Source: Sphagnum compactum (lineage: Eukaryota). From it: a stretch of DNA of 64,000 bases. Position numbers and translations under genes: made by a program. The stretch lies in assembly GCA_965153455.1 (NCBI GenBank), contig OZ234493.1, forward strand, positions 16,482,213-16,546,212, read 5' to 3'. This document shows, piece by piece, positions 39,021-52,460 of the stretch (positions are counted from its first letter, which is position 1; every line of letters starts with the position of its first letter). Below the pieces are notes generated by a model. That model saw nothing but the letters and a program-made list of their open reading frames with translations, ran no database searches and was not told the origin of the DNA.

Positions 39021-41322
39021 ACCGTGTACCATAATTTAGGCTGGTTAAAGGTTTCTGTGCTACCCGCTCAGAACTTTACTCGGGAATATATTATTGCAGC
39101 TGGATGCTTTTCTGTCTTTTCTCTTGTCGTCTTGTGCTTTCACATTGCTCAAGATTGGAAGTCTTTAATAAAGCGATGCAGTCTGTGCGTGAGTACTAGA
39201 CCTGCAACTTCCTGTGATCACTGATTTTTCTGGCTATAAGATAATGGATGCAAGTGGTCATTGATGGATTGCATCGTGTGTCAGCAAAGAAAAGTGAGGC
39301 CCGTTAGCAATCCTCAGTCGGAACTTTCCTCTTGTATAGAGTATATCAACTCATTGCTTTGTGTAGCTTTTTCTCCCCCTCATTACCTGCCGGGAAACAT
39401 TGTTCATAATTTCATTTACCATAAAGTCATGGCACGTGCCCCATGTTGGTGCTTGGCCCCAAACTTGAGCATGTGTAGGTTTTAGACTTGAAAATTTTCC
39501 TGTGACCGGTGCTTTTCAGGCATTACAGAATTGATGGATTTGGTCATTGTTTGATAATGCACAACCTGAGTCAGCAGATATAATTGGGGTTGTTAGAGCT
39601 GGACCTAGTGAAATTGTCATGGCTGAAATTCGCCATTTTGCTATAAATGAAAGTCCCAAGCAACATGGTCGAGGGAACTTTTTGAAAAAATCCTAAAAAA
39701 ATTGTCACATTTTGAGGAAGAAGAGAGTTATGAAATAGCCAAAACAAAAAAAATTGAAGGATGTGGGCAGATTTCTAACTTTCTTCTTTTGAAATCCCCA
39801 TATTTAGTTAATAGGTTCTATTGGTTTGCCAACATGTAATAAGATTGCCATAATTTTTACTTCTTTATTTGTCTTGTAATCAGATCTGACTAAATCCTCT
39901 CGTGGCTGATTGCCTGTTTTGATGCGACATGACAAAATTGAAAAAAAGGACCACCGGCTGGACCCTCTGAATTGATCGTTTGTCAGCAAAGAAGACTTAT
40001 CGGCTCTTTGAAGTGCTCCCCAAGCAAAGTGGCCCATTTGAGAACTTGCCTTTGGAATGCATACAATATACTAAGGCAACAGAAATGGTTTGCTGACATG
40101 TGAGCTGTTGAATCTTCATCACATGCTCACTGGTCATGCCTGTAATGGAGTTGGGCATACGTTAGAGAAATCGGTAAATTCAGGGGGAGTTTCACAGGGT
40201 GTGTCATACCCTATTAACTTTTTCGCCTTGAGTTCAGTGCTCCATAAAGTCACCCTGACTGTGGTCGGTTTTGTAAAAAGACGGGCTGGGAAGGGGTTGC
40301 CCACGTGGATGCGCATTTAACTGGCTTAAAATGGGGTGGACAGTTCAAGACTGGCTTGAATAGCTGGACAGTCTAAGAAGTTGAAAATATCAACTTTTGG
40401 ATTGGGGAGGGGAGGCGAGGGTGTTGGGGGAGGCATTTTTGGGATTTGCAGGGTGGGTGAGGGGATTTGGGTGCGGTTTTTTCTTTCCTGAAGGATGGGT
40501 GGGTTAGGGGTTTAGGAGGGTCATGATTTTATTTTTATTTTAAGTTTTTTTTTTGGAGGTGGGGAGGGGGTGGGGTTCTAGGGGTCTTAATAGGTGGAGG
40601 TGGGAAAGGGTGTTTTTTTTCCAGAGTGGGTGGGTTCGAGCCTTTAAATATTTATTTTTCGTTGTTGGAGGTGTAGGGGGATACTTGGATTTATCCCAAA
40701 TTTTGCATTTTTTAAATAATTGGTTGTGGGTTCATGTTCTAGGGTTTAGAGTTAAGGGGGTTGGGGGAGGTTTTCATTTGATGCCCCTGTGCTAAGTGCA
40801 TTGGAGATCATTGGAAATTTGAGAAGAAAGAAAGCAGGATCATTTCTGAAAGTAGCACCATTTGCATTCAGAAACAGAGGTCAAGAGTGTGGTATTCAGA
40901 TTGGTTGATTTCTAGCATCCACCCACACCAAAAGAACTTCTTTTTGAGCATCAATGTTCCTCATAATCATGTTGCAACTTAATGTCTTTGCTCTCAATAC
41001 TTGACATCCATTGTTGATTTTCTGGTTCGTGATTTAGGGCTTTCATGTTGTTAAGCTCCTAAGTCTCAAATTTGAGATGCACACCATCAAAGTCTTCCTT
41101 TGCAAAGGTCCCTTTTGCAATGTCTTGGTCACACACCATTGCTATTAACTTGCTTTAGAGCTCATTCAGCTCATAATTCTTTATACCTGAAGACTTTTGC
41201 CTACCTAACATGTCTTCTGTCGACCCTACCATTTTTGTGTTAATTATGCTGCTCATGGTGTTTAATTCTTTAGTCAATTGTACATCTTCAATGTTTGCAT
41301 TTGTGATAGCGTTTTTCTTCAT
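39021..41322 (-). repeat. Segmental duplicate module B (inverted copy at 61714-64000), including a decayed coiled-coil-like coding fragment
   Basis: ORFs 39015..39224(+) and 63796..63996(-) are near-identical. The MKK.AITNANIE.VQLTKELN...*...IAMVCDQDIAKG fragment with a shared stop occurs in both copies. The left boundary is set by the window end of the partner copy. Confidence 0.93.
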
Positions 41323-41577
41323 GTAATCGCAAGCTGCCATTTAGGACCCATTCTTAGGCCTCATAGCAGCCAAGAGGTCTTCAACATGACCAAACCCAAC
41401 AGCTTACAATGATATCCAAACTAAGACTAATTTACTACAAAGGCCAGAAAGATTGATAAATGCACAAAGTAAAGAACCCACCCTCATGAAGGAAGATGTG
41501 GACATGATGACAAGAGCCACATAAATACACATGGCAACCAAGATAGATGAGACCATATATAGTAGAACGCCTCTTAC

Positions 41578-41840
41578 TTTGAAGGCATCTTCATCTATTC
41601 AATCATCTCCAATATAGACTGGGAATACATCCCTGCAGTCAGATAGCCCTGCCATGTCGACCACAACGAACTTCCTTATTTGTATCAAAATTCATGCACT
41701 TGACATTGCCAACCTTGTGTGGATATGAGTTTGTTGTTTTGTGAGGTTTCTGCTGCAGTTGTACTCACCAAGTGAACTTAGCAGAAAATCTACAGCCTTG
41801 GCCTTATCCCATGCTATATAGCTGGACGAATTTCCAAGAC
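41578..41840 (-). pseudogene. TPP: TPP two-exon fragment, copy 2
   Basis: VLEIRPAI(frameshift)...DFLLSSLG and GLSDCRDVFPVYIGDD*IDEDAFK. Confidence 0.85.
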
Positions 41841-43499
41841 TTGCAAAAAGGCATTTAATGCATCACATTCCAGCACTAGACATCCAGCTACGCATTAAGA
41901 CTTAGGTGGCCAAAAGTATGAAGTCATGAGAATTGGTGACATTCTCACCATAGCACAATGGATCTACCCACACTCAAAGACAAAGCCATGGGGTAAAGAA
42001 AAGAAAGCTTCAGACCAGATACCGTCGCCCAAACATGGCCTGCAAGAAAGTGTATCATGATGAGGACGGCACTGGGTGGAGCTGATGGTAGACAGTGACA
42101 AGTGGTACAGGATGCTTTGCATCTTCCATGTTGATATGGACATATACTGCTAGCTTGCCAAGTTTCTGATCCCATTCACCATCCCTCTCAACCAGTGCAA
42201 ATGGCACCTAGATGACAGCAAAATAATACATTCTAGCGATCGGTTCACAATCTACTGAATCTTGCAGGTTGAGCAGTTCGCTGAAGATGAACATCTGCAA
42301 TGAAAACATAAGCAATTGGAGTAGTACGAAGCAAGAAGAAAATCAGTCACACATAAATAACATTTACCAATGGATGTCATGATATTGATGGTTTCTCCAA
42401 CTGGTTATGTTTCTGGGAGTTTTGATGCAAAAGAAGGCAAAGATCAAAAGCCAGAGTGAATGAAGCAAGAAGAATGGAAAAACCTGTAAGATTAGGGTTT
42501 CCAATTGGGTCAGACAAAACAAACAATGAATGGGAAGCAAAATGTGAAAGTACCTTGCGCCTTAAAACCGTGACTTGCTCCTTATGAGAACCCCATCCCA
42601 AAATTGCCCTCCATTTGTAACTCCACCCAAAGATGCCTCTCCATTCATTGCATAGACACTGAAACCTACATCCACTTGCAGCAACACGCCAGTAAAACAT
42701 CAGGCTCACAGGGTGAAAGAAGAAGAGGGATCAACCATAGTGAACTTCTCTGCAGCACATTATGCAGAGCATACCACTCAGATACCTTGTATGAACACAG
42801 AAAAGATACTATGACAGATTGGTATCAACATCTCCACATCTCAGAATTCTGTGAAAAATTTCCCCTCGCTCCCATAGAAAGACATCTGGTTCATAAAAAA
42901 TTAGAGATGTGATAGAGAAGAACAGGTGCTTACTGTCTGCGTCCTCTCCAAGTATACCGCATTCCCATTGACATTTTGTGCTGTGAGTGCACCTGTGTCA
43001 TGGTTCTTGTCTTTGGATTCCACAAAGGCTTTGCTTTGCATCTTTCCCCTCACTATCACCAATGCATCTTACTTCATTGATACTTCTTGTGGCCATAAAC
43101 TCCACCACATCCTGAAAGGAAACTGTTTTGCTTCGTGAGTATCATTCATTTGTTGGACAGAGTTTACCTCCTAGAGACAACTTCCAATACCATTTTGGTT
43201 TTTCTTGCATTCTCCATACTCGAGAACCCTGCTGAACAATTCAAGATGGTCTTTGGAAAAAAGGAGAGAGCAATCAACTCTATCAGATTATTCAACTTCA
43301 TCACAAATAGAAGTGTCTAGCATGCTAAGAACCGGTTCATGAGGCAGTAAAATGTGGGAAAGGAATAGACATCTGCAAAGTCCATTTGCTGCTTCAAGTT
43401 ATTCAGGATAGGTAGGCAGACAGTTGAGCAAGATGTCAGAAAGTGCAATTGTACAGATGGGAAAATGGAGCCAGTATTTTAGGCACATGAGGACATTAC

Positions 43500-44732
43500 C
43501 TTCTGCTCAATCTTAAGGGTCTGGCCTGACTTCAAACAACCCTTCATTGCATTCTTTATGTCTTCCAACTCTTGTTTTGTAAGTCCCTAAAATAGGCAAA
43601 ATACATGCATCAAAGGCCTGTTGAGTTGAAAAAAAACTAAAATGAGAGACTTACCCTTACCCTTAAACTATCTCCTATTTTCACATCACAACAAGCATAT
43701 GCTTATGTGCTGTCCTTGAACCCTAATTGGCTGTATTAAGACCAGAGTGCCTGACTGGTTTCTTTGCAAAATGATAACCAAGACAGGGTCAAGTGTAGGA
43801 CTAGTATTCTTACAAGAGCTGCACTTACCACAACTAAAACTTTTCCTCGATGAGCCAACAGAAGTTGTATATGTAGAAATGATCTGTGGCAGCCGTGAGA
43901 GCTTTCCATTCTCTGCCAATACAACTGTAGAATGCAAATCTCAAGAGTATGAAACTCTTTCCTTGTACACAAAAAACACAGCCAAGTATGTTAGCGCTTG
44001 CACTTAACAAAAAGAAATGGTTTGTGCAATAAAGGTACAATCCCATACCTAGGAAGTTCTTCATGACATCATTGAACTTGATGTTCTTGAAAATTCTACA
44101 ATTGCTTTCACCCTGACTGTTTTCGAAACAGATGGGTCCTTGTGAAAATCATCAAACACAAGATTGGTCTCTGCAGCACCACAATGCAGCTCTGCCTCAA
44201 CAAGCTCCAAAGCATTTTTCCGTACTGTTGTTATGTACAGGGCTAAGGCATACTTTCCTGCAACTCCATAATTGGGCAAAGGTACCTAAAATTCCAACAA
44301 GAAAAAAAATGAAACCCAATAATAATAATAATAATAATAAATCCAAATTCAATCTAGTATGATGCTCTAGCACTTCACGACTATATTTCCCAAAAAACCA
44401 AATGGGTGTCTGAAAAGAAAAGAAAAGAAAAAACCTCGACATGTTCATCTATGGATCATTTCGCTCCGTATCCACGAACTGCCTGCACAAGAAAATCCTA
44501 ACAAGTTCTCAGCTCTCTTTTATTCCTCCAGAAGTTCCATTACCATACTATAGTCCAAGAAGGAGAAGACACATAAGAATTTTACCTTACAAGCAGCGGA
44601 AGAGACCACAGCGACGGCGCCCATTTCATTGGCATTAGTAAAGATAGAAGGAGACGCAAAGGCCAATGACGATGCCGATACCGATGCAATAACACCCAGA
44701 AAACCTCTCAATGCTCGACTTGATCGCAACAT
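43500..44732 (-). pseudogene. ATP synthase subunit O (OSCP) pseudogene, exons 1-4
   Basis: Exon 1 has a transit-peptide-like MLRSSRALRGFLG... (ATG at 44732). Exon 2 VPLPNYGVAGKYALALY... has a 1-bp deletion near 44095. Exon 3 VLAENGKLSRLPQII...QLLLAHRGKVLVVV has a frameshift. Exon 4 ends ...LKIEQK. No C-terminal exon was recognised. Confidence 0.88.
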
Positions 44733-45488
44733 TGAGCCTCCTTCTTTCTCTGCAAATCTGAACTCTTCCTCTCCTCTTTCCACCAATCACAGAACACTTT
44801 TCAGAACTCCAACAAATTCTTTATCCTCGCAAACAAATTGAGGAACCCAAAATTTTCCGATCTTGATAAACAACCCTAAAAGTCTTGCTTACATCCGAAC
44901 TGTTGTTGCTGGTGCCTGTTTGCGCTCCATCAGGACACTTGCCGTATCTGTCAAGACCTTCTTTCTCCTCCTACTAGAAAATGTAATTGCGAAAAAAAAA
45001 TCTCTTGAAACTTGGTGCTTCTTCAGAGGCTAAAAAGGAAATACAAGCCCGGTGGACTCTGCAGAAAATGAATTCTGTATACAACTGCCAATTTGCAATT
45101 ATTAGTGTCTGACTCACCTCTGACTCACTTCTGACATTTGCTCATTCTTCATGTTCAAGATCGGTTCTCTCCTTCCTCATCACAGCAACAGGGATAATTT
45201 AGGAGTTGGCACAGACACTTTTTTCTATTGACCAATCCATACACAGTGCATCTGCCAGACGCCCATTGCCACCTAAAATTTGGCCAAACACCCAAAAAAA
45301 TTTCTTTCAAAACACTTCTTACCGTCGCCCACACAATCTGTCGTTGTGTTACCGTTGTGTTAATCGCTCTCACACAGTCTGTCATTGTGTTGATCGCTCT
45401 CACACAATCTGCCGTCACTTAACAAACCTCAAACAACTTTCAAAAACTTTTTTTTAGTGTACATCTTAAGATAACGCAAGCACTGAAC

Positions 45489-46022
45489 ATGGCTCCACCG
45501 AAAATTGCAGATTATGGCGCGCTGCTCAAGAAGTTGAAGAAGGAGCTCATCGAATCCATCCTTGCGTCGATTGACAAAAAAGCAAAGAAAGACCAACAAA
45601 CTTATCATCAGACCGACAGCCAGTTCCAACTTCTGAATGTGTGCGGTTACAAAGGATATATTGTGCCCCTCGTCTTCCATCGAAGCGAATCAATTTGTGG
45701 ATAGCTACGTTGTGAAGAAAACCAAATTCGTGGAACAACGTAACAAGATGCCGGCACCTGGTATTCATTTTTTTCGAATTTACAAATTCATTTTTTAAAA
45801 TTATGTTTTCATATAGCCATTCATTTTTGTTTGATTCTTGCCATTCTAGGAAATGTAAAGTTACTCATGGACGCCTTGCACATCCCGTATGCGGACATCA
45901 AAGTTGAACTCAAGATGTACACAGCCACAGGCTTGATTCACAAAGTTCTGCCTGGCATTTTAGCACCATACCAAATGGTTTGGTTTGTGGTCGAATTCAA
46001 CATCATCAACGCTACCATATGA
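45489..46022 (+). pseudogene. Decayed two-exon coding-like sequence of unknown family
   Basis: MAPPKIADYGALLKKLKKELIESIL... with an internal stop. A GT..AG AT-rich intron-like gap lies at ~45761-45850, then NVKLLMDALHIPYADIKVELK.... It is CpG-richer than its surroundings. Confidence 0.35.
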
Positions 46023-47289
46023 TCAGATCTTTCTTTTGACCAAGCGCAAAAAATCGCTCGAAAACCTACAAAATAATGATGCACAACTTTAAGAAGCGAC
46101 CAAAAAACGCGATGCACCAAGCAACAACATTGCCAATGTCCCCCACCTAAACGTGTCACCATTGACAACAAAAGCAACACGGTTGAAGGGAGAAAACATG
46201 GTTCACCAATGAAACAACAACACCATGTGTACACAGTCACATGCATACCCACTGTGAAGATCTATGTCGAGCAAAGCATCGATCCGTTACGTAAATTTCA
46301 ACAGCACAAACCCACCATTTCATATGAAATCCGATGCGAAATTTTTTCAACCTTTTGAAAACCATTTCAAACTACATGTGATCTTTAGTAGCTTTCGTAA
46401 GTACCTAGTTGATAGGTTTGAATATAAACAAATAGCCACCCTGCAAACCACCGGACCTAAAGGCTACAATAACCTATGAGGCAAACCTTCGTCAGACTGC
46501 AAGTACTAGCCAGGATTTTTCAAAAATATTACAAAATTTGATAAAAAAAACAATATGAGTGGAGATGACTACATGATTGTTAGTCCATAACACCACGTTG
46601 TAAATATGATTAGTCGCATTTATTGCAGCCACATTAACGACTATGACTTGCCATGACTATAGTTGCAAAGGACATAGTCTTGGATTGAACAAGACACATG
46701 GTAGCCTCACAAAGTGTCACGTGTCACAAGTTTAAAAAAAATAAAAAAATGTAAATATATTTCTTTCTAATCAAATATTGCAACGTGCTAATTTCTTAAC
46801 CTAAAGAACCCGGTTTAGAAAGCCTAACCTAGGCCACCTAGCCTAGAAAGCCTATTATAAGCAATTTAACTTAGGCACAAAAAAAGCTTCTTAGGTTAAG
46901 CAAGCCACCAAGGTATTTAAACATTTAAGCCTTTAGGTGCCTAGGTGTTTTGGCTTGCAAATGGGAGGACATGAATTCCCCCACCTCCACTTTGGGGAAT
47001 AAGTCCTTAACCATGGCATCACATTATTTATTAATTATACCTATTATTTATCACTAATCTATAAACAATAATGTTTTTAGCTAAAGTTAACCTAATTCAC
47101 CTTAAGTTAACCTAGTTTGACTTAGGCTAATATAGTCTATTTAATAGATTAGCCTTGGTTAACATAAATTAACTTAGACTAACTCAGGCATTCCTAACCT
47201 AAATGTAGGCCTACTAAGTAATAAACTAATATAGACTTAGACTAGGCTAAAATAAATTAAACTTTGACTAAACTAACATAAATTAAGCT

Positions 47290-49000
47290 AAACACAATTG
47301 TTTAGGTTAAACTTAACCAAACTTGGCAAAACTTGACAAAATTAATATCATAATACATTGGCCATTTGAACACTTGTTCCTTGAATAATTAATTAATTTT
47401 GAAATTTTCATTTCACAAACAGAATATTTTTAAATATTCATTATTTCTTTCACAATATTTTTTTGATTTAAAAGAATTTTTTTTTTGAAACTTTCAACAT
47501 TTTTGAAAATAATATAATTAATGTTGAATTAACTAAAGTACTAGGGTATTAGTTAGAATAAACTAGACAATCAATTTAACTAAACTTGGCAAAATTAGGT
47601 TAAATTAGAACATTAAAATAAAACTTGGCAAAACCTAATCACATTTAACAAAACTTTGATAAATTAGGCTAAACTAGGCTATTGAAGCAAAACTTGGCAA
47701 AGATTGAATAGACATAGTTGTTTAAGATAAACTTGGCTAAATTTGGCAAAACTTGACAAAATTTGGCTCAACATGCCTATTTAAATTGAACTTGGTAAAA
47801 TTGGGCAAAACTTAACAAAACTTGGTTAAACATGGTTATTTTGGTTAAACTTGGTTAAACTTAGCAAAACTTAACAAAACTTGGCTAAACATGAAACCCT
47901 ATTTTGATTAAACTTGGTTAGAATTTGGCTAAATTTGGCAAAACTTGGTTAAACATGGCTATTTAGGTTAAACTTGGTTAGATTTGGCAAAATTTAGCTA
48001 AACTTAGTTAAACATGGTTATTTTCATTAAATTTGATTAAAATTTGGCTAAACTTGACAAAATTTGGTTAAACATGGCTATTTAAGTTAAACTTGGTTAG
48101 ATTTGACAAAACTTGGTAAAAATTAGATAAATTAAGCTAAGTTAGAACATTGATGTTAAACTTGGCAAAAATTGATTAAACATGACCATTTAGACTAAAT
48201 TTGGCAAAATTTGGCAAAATTGGCGAAACATGGTTATTTAAATGAAACTTGGTTAGACTTGGCAAAAATTAGTTACTTAAGTTAAACATGGCTTCATTTG
48301 GCAAAACTTAAATAAATTCGACTAAAATAGGGTATTGAAAATAAACTTGGCAAAATTTAGATAAATTAGGTTAAACTAAGGTAGTAAGGCAAAACTTGGC
48401 AAAAATTAGCTATACATGGCTAAACATGGTTATTTAGGTTAAATGGCTAAACCTGGCAAAATTTGGATAAATTAGGCTAAATTATGATATTGAGGCAAAA
48501 CTTGGCAAAATTTGGTTAAACATGATTACTTAAGTTAAATTTAACTAAACTTGGCAAAACTTGGATAAATTAGGATAAACTAGGGTATTGTGGCTAAAAG
48601 TGGTTACTTATGTTAAACTTGGCAAAACTTAAATAAATTGGGCTAAATTAGGGTATTGAAGTTAAACTTGGTAAAAAAATGGCTAGAACCAAAATTAACC
48701 CAAATTTAACCAAGTTTAGCCTAAGTGGTTTAATTAAGCCATGTCTAGCCATGTTTTGCCAAGTCTATTCATGTTTAACATAAGTAGCCATGTTTAACCA
48801 AATTTAATCAAGTTTAACGTCATACCTTATTTTAGCCTAACTTATCCAAGTTTTGCCAAGTTTAGCTAGGTTTAATTTTAAAATAATCGTGTTTAGCCAA
48901 ATATAGTTTCAATATTCTAATTTAACCTACTTTTCCAAGTTTTATTGAGTCTAACCAATTGAAAATTAAGGAACCATGTTTAGCTAAGTTTAACCAAAAT
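47290..49000. repeat. Low-complexity ~10-bp (aaacttggca/aaacttggtt) array that reverses orientation at ~48690
   Basis: Dozens of aaacttggc/aaacatggtt units up to ~48680, then their complements (gccaagttt, agccatgttt) to ~49000. The flanks have gactac/tagtc motifs like those of the intronic CACTA. Confidence 0.8.
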
Positions 49001-50479
49001 TTGCCTTAATATTTTAATTTAATCTAAATTATCCAAGTCTAAGGTAAACTAAATTATTTATATATATTTAGGTTAAAATTAAAATAATTAAATGAAAATA
49101 AATTATATTAAATTATTAAATTAGGTTACATTAAGCTAAATTATATTAAATTATGTTATTTAATCTAAAGTAAAATAAAAATAAGTTAAATTGTGTTAAA
49201 GTAGGTCAATCTAAATTATGGTAAATTAAAATAAACTACTTAAACATTTGTTGGTCCATTTCAAAATAAATTGAATTTGGTTATACTATTTCAAATTCAA
49301 ATATTACTTCAATATGAATTCACCAATTGTGTAGTCATATTTTGTCATGATTATTTTTAATTTTAATTATAGTCATATGTATAGTGAAGTAATTATCAGT
49401 TTGACCATAGTTATTAATATGGTAATGACTAAAGGCCACCTATGAGTACATGACTATGTTTGAACATTAGTCACAAGATGTCCTAGTCATAAAAATCACA
49501 TTTTGGCATTGTGTAATTAAATGACTAAATGACATCTGGAATTTTTGATATTTCAATTCCAAGTGTACAAATTAATTTATTGATTAATAGGTTGCTAAAA
49601 AAGGTTATTGTAACCTAGTAGGTAAACTAAGTTAGGTAAGTTTAATAGGTTAAATTAAACTAGGTAAGCCAAAGTACATTGGTAGCCTAGTTTATATATT
49701 TAATTAATTGGCCTAAGTTATCTATAGGTAGTAATAGGTTAGTTTACTAGGCATAGCTAGTAGGTTAGGCTATGAAGGTTAAACTTAGTTAGGCTATGTA
49801 ATCTAGGTAGGTAGTTAGTAGGCTAGGTCATTAATTAATTAGTAGACTTGGTAGTAGGTAGTAAGTGGGGTAGGTAGTAGGTAAGTTAATTCTTTTATTG
49901 TGTGGATATGTGATCATGTTTTTGTATTAATTAATTACGCTAGGTAATAGGTAATAAATAAGATAGGTACTACATATTTAATTTTTATAATTACATATTT
50001 AATTATTTTAATACAATATTTAGTTATTATAATTATAATATTTAACTATTGTAATCATATTATATCTTTCTTAAATAAATGGAAAATTGCCACATGTTTT
50101 ATTGGAATTGGCTCTTTAAACTACCACATGGTTAAATCCAAACCACCCATCAATGGGACATTTGGTAGCATGTGGCTATCCCAAATGTAGTCACACATGT
50201 AGTTACAAAATGGGGTTTCACATCATACTAAGGGTCATCCATGGCAATAGATGATAAATTCTGGCCTAGTTGTAAGGTTTGTGACTACATTTTCAACTTC
50301 ATGGCCATGTCATGTTTTTTGCGACTAACTATCTTATGGCACTTATCTGAGGCAACTAATTTATTTATAATCATATGTGTCCATTATGATTACAAATGAA
50401 TCACAAATTTGGTCATTGATTTTCAAATTTCTTTTAATATCACCTAGTTAATTTTCTTATGAGCTGATCTAATTCCATC

Positions 50480-51430
50480 AAAATTTTGAATAACTGGTGA
50501 TTAATAACCAAAATAATTGGGCTGCCATAAAAATAACATCTAAATGATCACACATCCCAAACAATTGCAAGGCACTCCTTTCACATGAGTTGTATTTGGC
50601 CTTCATGTTAGTATTGAACTGATTGGCATATGCCATCACATTTCAACCATCATCAACAAGTTGGATAAGTATAATCCCCAACCTTAAACTATTTTAATTA
50701 ATGTGTAATTGAAATGGTCGTCCTTAGATGGCTTTCAATTCTTGAAAAGTTTGTTCTTATGCTTCACCCCAAATGAATTCCCAATTTGTGTTAATTGCAT
50801 CATAGGTTTGGCTATGCTACTAAAACCTTTCACAACTTTCGGTAGTAGTTACACAAGCCTAGAAAAGTTCGTAACCAATTCACGTCTGTAGGTTGGGAAA
50901 CTTGTGAAATAGCCTTAACCTTGGCCTTTTGAACCTTTAATCCACTTCAATAAATCATATGACCTAGATATTCCACTTGAGTATGAAAGAATCAACAATT
51001 GTGTAGATGAAGCTTAACGTTATGTTCTTTAAGTCTTCCAAACACCTCCTACAAATGATGCATGTGACGTCTTAGGGTTAGGCTAAAAACAATGATGTTA
51101 TCAACGTAGGACTTGGAAAAATCAAGACATGCTAACATTTTTCATCCATGACCCTTTTAAACTTTACAAAGGTGTTCTTCAAACAAAATGACAAAAACTT
51201 CAATTTATACAAATAATCCTTCCTATGATGATCAATTCCCCAAAATGTTGTTTTGATTTTATATCACCCTCCCTCAATGGCAATTGATGGTAGCCCGACC
51301 TCAATCCAAAGTATTGAAAACCTTGGCTTGACCAAGGGCATCAAAAATCTCCTCAATAGGGGCATGGCATATTTGTCCAAATGGGTCCATTTATTCATTA
51401 GATGGTACTCCCCACACATGTTGTGTTCAA
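50480..51430 (-). mobile_element. Ty3/Gypsy reverse transcriptase-RNaseH remnant
   Basis: Minus-strand reads across stops and frameshifts: NKWTHLDKYAMP, IFDALGQAKVFNTLD, SGYHQLPL, SYVDNIIVFS, VEYLGH, and RNaseH KECLAIVW...FYGSPIILVINHQ. Confidence 0.88.
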
Positions 51431-51730
51431 TTGAATTACTAAAAGATGTTTCACATTATTTACCAACATAGTTGAACGTTCAACTTGGAGATATTTGTTG
51501 ATGTTGGGAATATTTGACAAATGACCACCTAGTTGAAAAATGTTTTTGAACAACTATATACCAATATAGTAGACGAGTCGACTTAATTGATAATTGTCAT
51601 AATTTTATTTTTAAATTAAAAAACTCCAGTTGACACATATTACAAATGTCATGTAGTTGAAAACTTTTGGTTACAAAATGGGGGGTTTTACTAATGTCCA
51701 ACGGCCTAAATCCCTGAATCTTGTCCCACC

Positions 51731-52460
51731 ATCTTAATGGCCAAGACTTTTGGTCAACCAATCCACACCTCAGTCATAGTCTAGTGACCAAAATTCAATC
51801 ACCAATGTGGGAAAAAAATTGAAAAAATCTAAATTGTTAAAAAATGATGATTTGGTTTCGGTCGTCATCTCAATGGTTAGGATTTTTTGGTTGACATGTC
51901 CACATCTTGGTTGTAATTTGACAACCTACGTCCAATTGCTTATGCAAAAATAAATTGAAAAAAAATCTGGACCATTAAAAAATGGCAACCTAATTTCGGT
52001 CGCCATCTTAAAGGCCATGGTTTTTTGGTCAACTAGTCCACACCCCTATCACAATTTGGCAACCTAAATCCAATCGCTAGTGCGAAAAAAAATGGCAACT
52101 AGATTTCAGGTGCTATCTTAATGGTTAAGATTTTTTAGTTGACCTATCCACACCCTGCTTGGCAACTTAATCCAATTGTTAGTGTGAAAAAAAATTGAAA
52201 AAAAATCATGATCATTAAAAAATGGGGACCTAATTTTTGCTGCCATATCAATAGCCAAGATTTTTTCGTCAACTAGTCGGCACCTTGGTCATAATTAGGC
52301 AACCTAAATATGGTCACAAGTGCAAAATTAAAAAACTAAGAAAAAATTAGGACCATTGAAAAATGGCGACTTGATTTTAGTCACCATTTCAACAACAAGG
52401 ATTTTTAATTACAACTGGTCCACAACCCAATCAATGTCCAGTGACTGAAATCTAGTTGCA
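51731..52460. repeat. Degenerate tandem repeat, ~6 units of ~110-140 bp
   Basis: Units begin atct(t/c)aatgg..aagatttttt at about 51731, 51867, 52005, 52114, 52245 and 52385. They share tccacac, ggcaaccta and gaccattaaaaaatggc. Confidence 0.8.
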
